Of a stretch of DNA of 64,000 nt, positions 52,356 through 64,000 are shown piece after piece. Every line of letters begins with the position of its first letter. Within the stretch, counting starts at the first letter, position 1. Location of the stretch: contig JAAILG010001139.1 in assembly GCA_012026655.1 (NCBI GenBank), positions 1-64,000 on the forward strand. Direction: 5' to 3'. Under the pieces are notes generated by a model, which made no database searches, was not told the DNA's origin, and saw nothing but the letters and a program-made list of their open reading frames with translations. The DNA is from Hydrolagus affinis (taxonomy: Eukaryota). Position numbers and translations under genes: made by a program.

Positions 52356-53774
52356 CTGAAATAGAGAGATTTTTATTTTAAAACTGCTCACTTTGCCTCT
52401 TAGCCCCGTAACTTCTTCCTCTGCAGCCCCAACCCTGCGAGTCCCCAGACTTTCTCTAACCAAAAAAAAATCCTTAAATTTGGAAACCTTATTATTTGTT
52501 CGAGCTAATATCCCTTTATCTATTTCCCAAGCTTCTGTCAATGCTGGTCTATGGGTATAAAATGACCAGGGGTATTGTATTGAGGGCACTAACCTCCTTC
52601 CCCCCCACCTCTCACTTAAATGTACAGCAACTAGCCTCTGCTTGGTCCATAGCGATGCAGCCGAGATCAGCATTTCAGCCCTTTTATATTGTGAGCACAC
52701 TGTTCTATGGTCACAAGCAGGACCTCCAACAACGAACCACCATCGAGATGCTTTCTTGAAATTGAGATGTTGGTCATTCAGCAAGTTCAAATCGAGATCC
52801 AAAACCCGACTGGAACTGAACAGAGACGCTGCAGTTGAATAGAAGCTCAAAGAAGCATTTGGTGACTACTGAATATAGTGGAGTCCTCTTGAGGTCAACA
52901 ACTGAGGAAAAACAAGTTATCCATGGATCCAAAATCTGGTCTTTGGGATTTTCTGGTAACATGTTGGGCAACGTCTGCATTTCACAAGATCCAAGATCAT
53001 TGGCAGCCTAGTGAGCTGATTGGTGCAACTACCGCTAGGGATCCAATGGCTCTCATCCTTCACAATACTCACTCCACTGTCCTCCCATCATACTATTAAG
53101 TTGTTTTTAAATAGAGCACATTACGTGATTTTACTCAATGTCATCCTCAAGTTTTGAGATATTCCGTGGAATAATGGCTTCCACAAAAATGCCCCACCTC
53201 TGAATGGAACAAGAGACATCCTTGCTACTGGTAACCCTGGAGTTTGTTGGGTGTTCCAGTGCCACTCCCATGTCATGCGGGATGTTCAGTGGACGGGAAA
53301 GGAAGAAATACTTCAGTTTAGAAGTATTATGTCTTCCCCCACCCCTCTCCATGACATTCTCCTTGTTACATTTATTTCATAAAATGACAGAAGTCATTTG
53401 AGATAATTTAAAAAAAAAAAAATCTATAGGAACTTACTGACCTCCTCCTTAGATGAATGCAGTCAAAATGCCAGTAAAGTGTGAACCCATAACTGTAAGT
53501 ATGTATTAAATGTAATAGCCAGAGAATCTGCCATGTTAATATTTGTTTTAGCTTCTTGATCACATCAATGGGATGAATATTTTGTGGAAAATCCAAAATG
53601 GTAACCTTTGTCGAGACTTGCTGTGGTGAAGGAAAAGAACCAAACATTTGTTCTCTTGTTGTACAATTGATATGAATCTGACAGCAGTCTGGCTGGGTTT
53701 CTTGCATAACTCAAGGCTGCTTACTTTATCCGTAGCACTGTAAGGTCTTGGAGGGTCTTTGATTTGGTGTTCCT

Positions 53775-53814
53775 AGAGAAGAATACTGTATTGCAGAGAA
53801 GAATACTGTATTGC
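53775..53814. repeat. Perfect 20-bp tandem duplication
   Basis: AGAGAAGAATACTGTATTGC x2. Confidence 0.95.
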
Positions 53815-56345
53815 GAAGCCTCGACTGTGCATGGGCTGAGACACAAATGTATTTTGATGGCTGATATCAAGAAAGTTTCTTCCTTCATCAAATGATCTGA
53901 AGTCAACGAGCACAATCCATCTCCCTAAGCAACATGAAATTCCTGCAGGAAGTGACAGCTTCATCGGGTTGGGAGCTCTCAGGGGACAGAGTAATGGAGA
54001 TAGTCAAGGGAATAGAGTTGAAGCGGGCTGTTAAATGTTCAACCATAATTGGTTAAGCTGGAATTTGCTCCTACTCAGTTGAAGCTGGGGCATGTCTTAG
54101 GCCATTGCATCAATGGGAGAAACAAGTAAAGGAGTAACTCCTCACGTAGACGCAAAGAATATGTTGGTGGGAGTTGAACAGAGAAGGTGAGCCATCAATG
54201 TCCATGGGGAAATCAGCATCAAGAATTCAAGATACTAAAACTAAGCAAAGGGCATAAGCATGTTATGTGAATGCTTTACAATTGTGCCTCTTCTTGTTTT
54301 AAAAACATTGTCTATAAAATACAATTAACATCACATTATAATGATTGAGTAACTGCTTTACGCACTGCTGCTTTCAAAGACGTGAACTAAATAGACTGGA
54401 TAGATTCTGTCATCACAATGCCACCATGGCAGCCAACCTCTAATTCTTCACACCTTCATGGCTCTGGCCCTCAACCATCATGGCAAGGTGGTACTGTCTC
54501 ATGATTATCCCACACCTATTCTGCTTCATGAGCAACAGATAACTCACAGACAGCCATTTGGATCAACAAAAATTACAATGTAATGGCTGTTCCCACATAG
54601 GTTTGGGGTGTACCTCCATGTACACAAAAAAAGCCTTAACATAACTCACCAGATAAAACAAGAGGGTTGCATGCAGAAGACTCTTTAGCCTTTTAGACCT
54701 CTTCCTTCCAGAATACATCCTACCATCACAACATCAAGATGCTTGTTAAATAAGTACAGTATACTGGCCTCAACCACCCTTCTTCACAACACAATCTCAA
54801 GGTTGATACCATGTGAACTGCCACAAATAATGATTGCAATCTCGAAAAGACCATTAAGTGTCCCAAAATTCCACCTGGTCTTAGCCTTAAAATGCAAGAT
54901 TGGCCAACTTTTTAGAAATTTGTGCCTGATCTTAAATTTTTAAAAGAACAATTGTGAGGCTAAGACCATAGAGATCTTTGAATCTCTGTACTGACACAAC
55001 ATAGCAATAACAATGTAATGGAGAGAAGCTAGCCTGCCGACTACCCCCAACATAGTGGGCATCAGTAGATGATGAGACCGATGAAATGGTGGTCACTTAC
55101 TGTCCAAACAAACTTACAACAGGCTGTAGGATTGTAAGGTTTTAACCTCTACCTTCCAACTTAGACTTTGTTTCCTTAGTTCACATCATGCTGAACTCTT
55201 AAGACACCCGGCTTATTCCCCAAAACCAATACTGCAGAAACCTCAACCACATATATATATAGATAGATAGATATAGTACACACATATATATCTCGATGGA
55301 GCTGTAGACAGAGGGGGCAATAACTGATATCAGTTTAGTCTTTGAGCTGGTGGGATGGAACCATATTCAAATGGTTACAGTGGGTATGTTCATCAATGAA
55401 AGATGAGTGATCTCATACCATCAGAAAAGCCTTTCCAAGCTCATCCCCCTGCTACCCTCCCTTACCCAGATACTATCCAGGATCTTTCTGAATGTTCCTC
55501 TATCACCCCATTTGTTAGCCTGATCCATACATTTGTGCCTTGCAAAACTCAGCCTAGCCTTGGAGCGAGAGACTTGAAGAATTGGGATATTGTATATTAT
55601 AAATGGTCCATTTTGTCAAATAAGACTATTCCAAATCCATAATGAAGTTATGATTGTATCCCAGCTCAATGCCCAGCAAATCAGTGCCACACCATGACAC
55701 AATGTGGCCTGAAATGGCTAATGGTCTTTGTTGCCTATAGCCCCAATCACTCCCACAAATTATATCTGATAATCTTATCACCACTGAGTTGACATAATTA
55801 CTTATGGCAAATGCACATACTTAGTTGGCTTAGTTCACATTATGATGGACAATACAGCAGAAACCTCAATACAATATCCAGTATATACATGGTGCAGTGG
55901 TCAGAGGAACCAATATCTGATTCCAGCTAACTAGGTTTGGGCTGGTTTTAGATAGTCAATTATCAATGATAGATGTATCTAGCTACCTCTGGGAGGGGCA
56001 ACAGAACCAGAAAGTGCCATCCATGCAAGAGGTGAGATCTTATCCAAAGATAGAGATAAAACTGGATCATTTTGATGGAACAATTAGAGACAAATGAAGT
56101 CCGAGCAGTGTTGTCTTCCTTGAAGAGAGTCACTAACAACTGCCCATTGGACACTCAGCAATAGATTAATCTGGAATCCCAGCAGTTGGTTTGGGATCTT
56201 CTGCTACCATAAACATTCCATGAATGTATCACCAAAACTACGGTTACAAAATATGTAGTTAAATTTGGAAGATACCTGTGGGTAAATGCATGCTTTCTAA
56301 ACTATACAAATCTGATGAACTCATGCTAAGATGGACTCTTGTTAA

Positions 56346-56406
56346 AACAGATTAATGTTAAAAAGGCCTCCAGAACAGATTAATGTTAAAAAGGCCTCCA
56401 GAACAG
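56346..56406. repeat. Perfect 28-bp tandem duplication
   Basis: AACAGATTAATGTTAAAAAGGCCTCCAG x2 plus AACAG. Confidence 0.95.
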
Positions 56407-58218
56407 CACACAGCAAAGAATAGCCCCATTCTCAGGTTTTCAGCCTTACTCCTCTGCACAACCTCTCCCTTTCTCCCATTAGCATCCAGATTTACAGTAG
56501 CACCTGGTTGCGTTGAGAACAATTCTCCTATTGACCAGGTTGTTGTTGCCTTTGCTCAGAGAATGATAGCAATTTCTGCTTAGTCTTCAACGACTCACCC
56601 TCTTCGTTGATCAGTAACTGATCATGTCTTCTGACATGAGACCCACTGGAACGCTTTACTGCCCGGTTAGAATATCTCGCGGTTAAAAATAACAAGTTGT
56701 ATTTGGTTGCACAAAACAGGTCCCAACAAAATGCCCTCTTCCACACAGGACATTCCTGGTTTATATAGTCAATGTCAAAAAAATTGCAGACAATATAAAA
56801 AAGTTAATTCTCTCATGGATAGTGTATACACCACCTCACAAAACATTGACCATATCAGTTAGCTCAGGTTAGCAAATTTTGTCCTAGTGACCATTTGCCT
56901 CTTCTGGTAGAAGTCATCAATCCAGGGGACATTGTGTTCTGGAGCACTGTGAAGCCTTTAATACCAGCTAGATGTAGGTAAGTAATGTATGAGTTTAGAA
57001 CCACAAAGCAGGTCACACTCATTCAGCATTCCATGCAATACCTTCAGACCAGACATCGGCATTTTTAGGTTTTGTATCAAATTTAACCAAAATCAATGGA
57101 GAAACTATAACCTTGAACAATAACTGATGCACCATATTTTATCAGGCCAATACTAGGCTAACTCATTGGTATATTTGTCAGATATAGGAAATTACACAAT
57201 TAATGGGGAATAGGAGTCCCCTTGTGTATTCAGAAGTTGAAGTTAATAATAGTAATCACCCTTAGAACCTACAATCATACAACTTTACAATAAATCCTGT
57301 GAATGCTTTGGGACATCCTCCAAACATGAAAGGTGTTGTACAAAATGTAAGGATCATGATTATTATAATAGTAATCCTTTCATTTGATATAGCACCTTAT
57401 CATGCCATTGAGACATCTCACAGCACTTTACAGGATATGCTGAAAAGTTGTCTCAAAGCCAAAAACTATTTCAGTTATCTTACTCCACATGTGTGCCGTT
57501 CTCTTTTGAAATTGCTTTACCCAAATTCCTTATGTACCCGGAAGTTTAAATTACAAAAGTTCTTTAAACCTTCAGAGATGTGAACAGCTCCTCTGGATAA
57601 ACTATGAATTCCCGTTCTTAATTCTGAAAACATCTCAGTTGTCTTGCGATGATCTCCTTCCCCACAGGAACAACCTTGATTGCCTTAAACGTTATTCAGA
57701 GCATAAATTCTCAGGACATCCATTTGGATGGATTTACCCCAGGCTGAAAACTCACCAAGTCAAATAATAACCTGGCTTTGGGACATGGACCAGTGCTTAA
57801 AACTACAGCATCCCACAATATGATAAGGTGCTATAATCGAATGAAATCATTTTTATTATACAATTCTACTGACAAGATGGAGATCTTGTCAGTACTGAAT
57901 AGAGCACCGCCAATATGTCTTCTATTAGATTCTATCCCTCTGCTAATACAATTCATGACTTGTTTGCCCTTTTCACGGTCATCATTGGAAACAGCCCTCC
58001 ATAAGTTTGTAAAAATGGAAGAAACCCAAAACTGCAGATGTCATGACACAATTTCAAATGTAATAAGAGTGGAAAAAACCCCACAAGAAAACAGAAACTC
58101 GCACCTTGGAGAGTTGGGATTGAAACAGTGTCTCTTGCCCCACGTTGGGTTTAGTACAGAGAGTGGGTTAAGGTTATATTTTTAAAATAGGCTGATTACC
58201 AAAGATGGACCTACTTAC

Positions 58219-58239
58219 GCAAATGGAGGTTCAGGGCCA
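58219..58239 (-). CDS. LDB3: LDB3 21-nt cassette microexon (S-GPEPPF-A), positional homolog of the short mouse Cypher exon encoding ASPLA
   Basis: gtgactctcag|TGGCCCTGAACCTCCATTTGC|gtaagt; phase 2-2; consensus donor; no other AG for about 200 nt upstream; TACTAAC at 58294-58300. Confidence 0.8.
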
Positions 58240-58907
58240 CTGAGAGTCACATGATCAAACACCACATGGGCATTTGGATCATTCGTTTCCAGGGTTAGTA
58301 GGAAGAATGATGGTTTGATTGGCGGGTTACAAGGTTGATTGTTGTGTATTAAGAGATGGTGAGGGGGATGGAGTGAAGGCAGGAAGGGATTAGGGAGGAG
58401 ATGAAAAGAGAGAGAAAGTAACACAATAATTAGCATACAATACCACTTATCTACCAATCATGGCTGATGATATAGTGATACTTGTTGCACAGAAGTCATC
58501 ATCAATGTCATATCGTTACAAAGAAGTTCTTAAACATTGTAGACTACAACCATAACTATATTGTTGGTTATGGCAGTCTCACGCTAGAAAGCTATTACCT
58601 TCCTTGGACATCACTAGAGGAAGGATTCCCTAAGCAATACTTTTTATAATCTTGTTTAAACAATGAGATCCTAATGCAGAAACATCAACATGATGGCACA
58701 CAATTTGGAATGGCTGTTTCTTGCCTCGGTCAGTTTGTGTTCCTCTTGGAAAATGGATGACATTTCAAATCTAGTGTTACCATTAAGTGTGGGTCAGATT
58801 CAGAATAAAGCTCCTTTATTATTGCCCTAAGGCTGTGAATGTTGGATCCATTCAAATTATCAAGACTATCTAACAATAGATTATTGTTAGATAAGATTGT
58901 CAAGGTA

Positions 58908-59128
58908 CAGTAAAAGCCCATTTATCTGGCACCCTTGGGACCTGGCCAATGCCAATTAAAGTGCCTGCCGGATATTCGGCCGAAAACGCAAAAAAAAACC
59001 AAAAGTTTTTTTTCAGTGCATTTTTCTGGATAAATTCCAGTTAATCAAATGTGGACCTTTTTTTTTGTGTTGCCGGTTATAGGGAAGTTGGGAAGTTGAT
59101 CGGGTGCCAGATAAATGGGCTTTTACGC
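58908..59128. mobile_element. Tc1/mariner-superfamily (pogo/Tigger-like) MITE
   Basis: 25-bp perfect inverted repeats GTAAAAGCCCATTTATCTGGCACCC (58910-58934 / 59102-59126), CAGT start, TA on both flanks, no ORF. Confidence 0.88.
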
Positions 59129-59981
59129 TATATGGAGCAAAAGAGGGTAATTGGAGTTGAGGCACAGACCAGCTATGATCTAATACAACGACACAACAGG
59201 CTGGAGCGGCTGAATGGCCTCATCCTTTTCCCATGTTCCTATATTCCCATCAAGCCAGCTTTAGTATGGCATGAAGTACATCCAAGGAAAAGGTCTTTCC
59301 CTGATTCCCAGTTGCAGAAGAGCATTTGTTGCTGTACTAGGAAACTGTTCCCACTTCTGACACTTGCCACCCAATGACTCTCTGACCAAGAATGTACCAA
59401 TTTACAGGAGTTTGTCTTGGTTTACTAGGTAGGAATTTGAGTGACATTAGTTAAATGGCTCTCATGGAGGAGCCTCAAAGCCAGCAGATCTTCACTCCCT
59501 TGGTCTGAACTGATTGGATTGAAGTCAAAGAGGTGCAAGAAGTGAGTCAATTGTGAATGCCACCCAGCTATCCTTCAAACTTAACAGAAGAAATCCCAAT
59601 TATTTTAAACCTTACTCAGAACATAGAAGATCATGATGGGCTTGTGTGAAAGTTTACCGTGGAGTTATGACATTTTGATTGAGGAACTGTCCTGAAAAAG
59701 AATCGTCAAACCATCTAGAAGACATACACAATAACCGCAGGGAACCTACCACAAACAGGTAGCCCCAACGGGAACCTTCTAGAAAGCCAACACTGCTTTT
59801 ATCCAATTGCAGCTTCCAGGTAGGCTTTCATTGAAAGTCATTTAATTAATCCACCATCCTTCAAAAGTTAAGCATTTGATTTCCATGATATGAATTCCTA
59901 TTTCTTTAAGAATTCAGACCCCTTCAATAGCTCTTGAAAGTCTTATCATGCAAACGCGGATTTGAGTCTTTCTTGGCCTAC

Positions 59982-60185
59982 CTTGAGAGATCACTGCCCC
60001 TGGCATGGGCCTGACCAGCAATGGCATCCATGATGGCATCCTGGGAGTACATGCTGATGGGTGTGTTATATTGGGCGTGGATGATTGTGGCTTTGCCACC
60101 AGGGCCTTTCACCTCAATGGGCTTGTGTGTGGACATCACTGAGTCCTTCAGGATGTTGGGATTAAAACGCTCCACATACTCATTA
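59982..60185 (-). CDS. LDB3: LDB3 exon 6, skeletal ZM (ZASP-like motif) exon
   Basis: ctcctcaccag|TAATGAG...CTCTCAAG|gtaggc; 204 nt, phase 2-2; NEYVERFNPNILKDSVMSTHKPIEVKGPGGKATIIHAQYNTPISMYSQDAIMDAIAGQAHARGSDLS. Confidence 0.98.
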
Positions 60186-61431
60186 CTGGTGAGGAGAGGG
60201 AGAGACAAAGGAAAGGACAGTGCAATGTGAAAGGAAGAGCCAGAAACAGTGAAGGGTGCAGAACAGTTAGTAACGAGCAAAGGCAAGCACATTCTCATTT
60301 CCACTTAGTTCTGTTGCTGAGACCAGGACCTTTATCTTCATCTCTTTCTATGGAAAAAGTCCAAATAGCCACTAAATAATGAAAGGATAGTAGATTCTAC
60401 TTCTCCCCCCCGGGTCTCCAGGCTATGTAAGTTTAATGGGGATATTATATTAGGGTTGGGCATGGATGATTGTGGCTGCTACAGCCAGACCTATTCCTCT
60501 CCTACATCCAACCTCTCCCCCAAGAAAAATAATAATTGCATTTGGTATAGCACCTCAGCACATCTCAAAGCACTTCACAAAATTTACTGTGAAGCAGATT
60601 GACTATTTTGTGGGCAAGTGTCCCAGAAACAGCCATAAAATGAGTGATCAATTTTATTAATAATTTTTTGGGGTGGAGGGATTATTACCCCAGTAAAGAG
60701 ATCTGCCAATTGACTAACAACTGAAATCATAACACCATCAACTAAGATTAGGAACTCTAAAGGCATGGTGGTGGAGGTTTAAATCACAATTTGTGCTCTG
60801 GCCTCCACCAAATGTGAATCAGGGTGAAGATGTAGAATATCAGAGCAATTAATACACCATGTAGTTCTTTCCCTGATAAAACGTCTCAAGAACGTCTTAG
60901 GGATAGGTTAATGCCTATCGGAAACCGTTCCCCCTCCCAGCAGTGTAGTGTTACAAGCAGAATGTGATTGGTGCAGCACAGTCTCTCTGACAAAACTCAA
61001 CTGTAACTGATCGAACACGACACTTTCTCCCCATTGCACTGACACACAAAGCTCTGAATGGCCAACTGTTTCTCATGCACATGACATTGGCATGCTGCAT
61101 GCTGGGTACGGTGGGGTTCTGTATCACATACAGCAGGCACAACAGGCAATGTTAAAACCACCAGTGGCTGCAGGTGCGCACTGACCCCTTGACCTCCTTG
61201 CCGCTGCTAACTCAGCCTCATTAAACTTTTCATCACTTTCTAACTGGAGGCAAGTGACCAGGGCTTGGAGAGAACAGTCCAGCAGACATGAGGTGCCACA
61301 ATACAAATCGCTGCGGAGCAAATAATAACCCCAACCAGTGTAGCTGTACGGCAACCCCCTTCCCCGGCAATAGGATAGGTCATGGAGTGAAATCTCAGCT
61401 GCCAAAGAGGCTGAGATCAACCAGCTGATAG

Positions 61432-61811
61432 ATAATAATAATAATCCTTGTATTTGATATGACGCCTCAACACATTGTTAAGATGTCTCAAAACACTTGA
61501 AAGCGCTTCACAGAATATATTGTAAAATGGATTGACTGTATATTTTGTGCGCGAAACACGGCAGCCAGTTGCACTTAATTAATTCACTAAATTAACTAAT
61601 TCAGGGGCTACAGGCCATTTAACCCCCCTCCCCCTCCCCGGCTGGGTTCCAGAAGCTGTATTTTTGTGGGTCACTGCCATGCGCAATTGGCTGCTGCGTT
61701 TCACCCACAATATATACAGTCAATTCACTTTACAGTATATTCTGTGAAGCGCTTTCAAATGTCTTGAAGACATGATCAGGCACTATACCAAATGCAAAGA
61801 TTATTATTATT
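61432..61811. repeat. Inverted pair of SINE 3' halves (61432-61574 minus; 61676-61811 plus)
   Basis: Arms are reverse complements over about 130 bp with an about 100-bp spacer. Confidence 0.88.
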
Positions 61812-62256
61812 CTAACATTCACACAAGGCCCACAGACGGATCACAGATTTGAAAGGTCAGTATTTCATCTCCAAACTGATCCGTCTTGTACAATGACTCA
61901 TTTTGCCACTTTGGTGAGTTACAGCTTTGAGCCACTTAGGACTACCACAATTTTACATTTTCTTGTGCCTTTCACGTTGGGAGGATGTCTCAAAGAGCTT
62001 CAGGAGAATTGGCTGATAGGAGAAAGTGGTTGGGGTGGGAGGGTAAGTGACTGAAAGTAAAGGTCTTAAATCAGGCATCCAGATCATTCAGTTGCAAAGC
62101 TCAGTACCGCATTGTTTGTCATTCCCCACCGGGTGCAAACTGCCCTGTGCTTCAGAAACCCACAACAAGGCTCCCAAGCAGCAGAACCACCAAGACTCCA
62201 TCACTCTTTTTGATGTCTCCTTCAGGTGGTCACCAAACAACGTGGCTCCAGAGTGA

Positions 62257-62435
62257 GGTGTGTATGTGTATACACGTGAGTGGTTGTTCACATGTGGGTG
62301 CATGTGTATACATGCTTGTGTGTGTTTGGATGTGAGTGTGCGTATGTACGTGAGTGTATGTGTCTGTGTGAGTGTATATATAGGAGGGGAGTGAAAGTGC
62401 ATGTGAGTATGAGTATGAATGTTTGTGTGCTCGAG
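62257..62435. repeat. Degenerate (TG)n simple repeat, read as (CA)n in the pre-mRNA
   Basis: Interrupted GTGTGT/GTATGT run about 270 nt downstream of exon 5. Confidence 0.85.
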
Positions 62436-62703
62436 TACCTGTGCATACTTGATAAATCACCTCACAAGATGGACAACATTAAGATAAACACAGCGGCATT
62501 ATAGCAACAGCCATCGTTAAGATCATAAGATAATTCCAACCAACTATGGGGAAAATGAACTCCCAAAGTCTTTGAAAGTCTCCTGATCCACACCACACAT
62601 CAACACAAAGACAGCAGATCCAATCGAGCAACACAACACAGGGGCTACATGCTGCCCACATCACAGCACACAGGACACTACCACATGAAGATTGGGCACT
62701 GAC

Positions 62704-62726
62704 TTGGCAGCAGTGTTTGCGATGAC
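62704..62726 (-). CDS. LDB3: LDB3 exon 5, 23-nt skeletal-muscle microexon (VIANTAAN)
   Basis: ttctgttccttccgcag|GTCATCGCAAACACTGCTGCCAA|gtcagt; phase 0-2; corresponds to mammalian VVVNSPAN. Confidence 0.93.
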
Positions 62727-64000
62727 CTGCGGAAGGAACAGAATGAAAGAATGTTTAGTACTTTATTACATTGCAGCACCACCAGGAACACAAGGGCACA
62801 CACAACTCCCGGGTCTCTGCACCCCCTTGTTTCATTTTTGAGGCAGCGTATGTCAAAAGTATCTTCGTAGGATGAACTGATGTGTTACAAACATGGCAGG
62901 TAATTTGCACCAGCAACATCCTGGATGTGGCATGCGACTGACTTTTTATGCGTGGATGAATTCAGATGAACAAGTTAGATCAGAACACCAGGCGAATGTT
63001 CTCTCTTGCAATCGTGCCCAGGCATCTAACAACAGTACCACTTGTGACATTAGTTTTAATGCCTCATCCACAGGATGGCAGCACCTCCAACAGTGCAGCG
63101 GCCTTGGCCAGCCCTGTATGGGATTGTCTGCCGGTAACGAGAGCTCAATTCCTGGTGTGGAATCCAGAACTATAAAGTAGGAGACTGGTCCGATTTGTGC
63201 TACGAACTTAAGACAGTCCAGGGTCAAGAAGACCTCACTTACTCCCCCATCTCCAAGACAACAGTGTTAGTCCCGAGGGCAAGCCCTGAGCAAACAGTTA
63301 TAGATTGATCTACACTCACTCAGGAACACCTCAGGCACATCGCTAACTGATAACAGTCACCAAGTAGCAAGAAAATACCTACACAAAACAAGCCTAATAC
63401 AGTAACATCCTCACAATATTGGTCCAACATGTCGGAAGATAAGAATTTCCATGGCAAAGTCCAAGATCCATCCAGTTTGCCTTCTTCCATCCTGGCAGTC
63501 AATTCCACATGTCATGTCCCAAACTACATATTGTATCCCGAGATAGTATTTCCCAACAGAAATGTGTCTAATTTGTTCTTGAAAAAAACCCTACACTTTC
63601 TGCTTCCATCGTTATCCCAAGGCAGCCCTTTCCACACATTTACTACTTGTTTATTATAGTATTTCTGAATACAGCTGCCCAAAGAAATATCTGCAGTGTT
63701 TTATTGCTGACACTAGAGCCTGCTAATGATCAGTGCTCCAGAGCCCTCTTGGGGTTCAGATAAGGTCCAGTAATACCATCATCTGGTCGATAGTCTCCAC
63801 TGGATGATTGGACTTTGGAATCAGCTGGCAAACCCTGACATGTGAACTGGACCTGGGCATCAGACTAACAGAAGAATGTGCAAGTCTAAATTAACCTGTA
63901 CTTTCCTTCACTGTCTCTCACTCAGTCACTCGCTGACACCGAGCGCGATGGAGGGGAATAGATACGCACATCACAGGATCACATGAAGTGATATGTCCTG

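Noticed and set aside
52353-52850. 165-aa minus-strand ORF upstream of exon 7
   Set aside because: Stops at the exon 7 acceptor in another frame; no LDB3 similarity
62727-64000. Search for cardiac exon 4 or PDZ exons
   Set aside because: No QYNNPIGLYS or PWGFRL motif found; these exons lie outside the window

Overview
Vertebrate genomic DNA, most likely from a cartilaginous fish (probably a holocephalan/elephant-shark-like genome). This is inferred from a tRNA-headed, L2-tailed SINE plus DeuSINE, CR1 and L2 repeats. The window holds the 3' part of the muscle Z-disc gene LDB3 (Cypher/ZASP) on the minus strand. It runs from the 23-nt skeletal exon 5 (62704-62726) through the ZM-motif exon 6, a 21-nt microexon, exons 7-8, the short-isoform terminal exon 9, the linker exons and the three LIM domains to the stop at 13050. 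The PDZ exons and cardiac exon 4 lie beyond the right edge. Exon numbers follow the 16-exon human scheme. All canonical exons have GT-AG ends and consistent phases. The most notable observation is a run of extra, frame-preserving phase-2/phase-2 cassette exon candidates between exons 8 and 11, which would make the PDZ/ZM-to-LIM linker combinatorially variable. Positions 1-13000 are 3'UTR/intergenic with repeats. No prokaryotic-type system, CRISPR array or true tRNA/rRNA gene was seen. Repeat boundaries are approximate; exon boundaries were read base by base.
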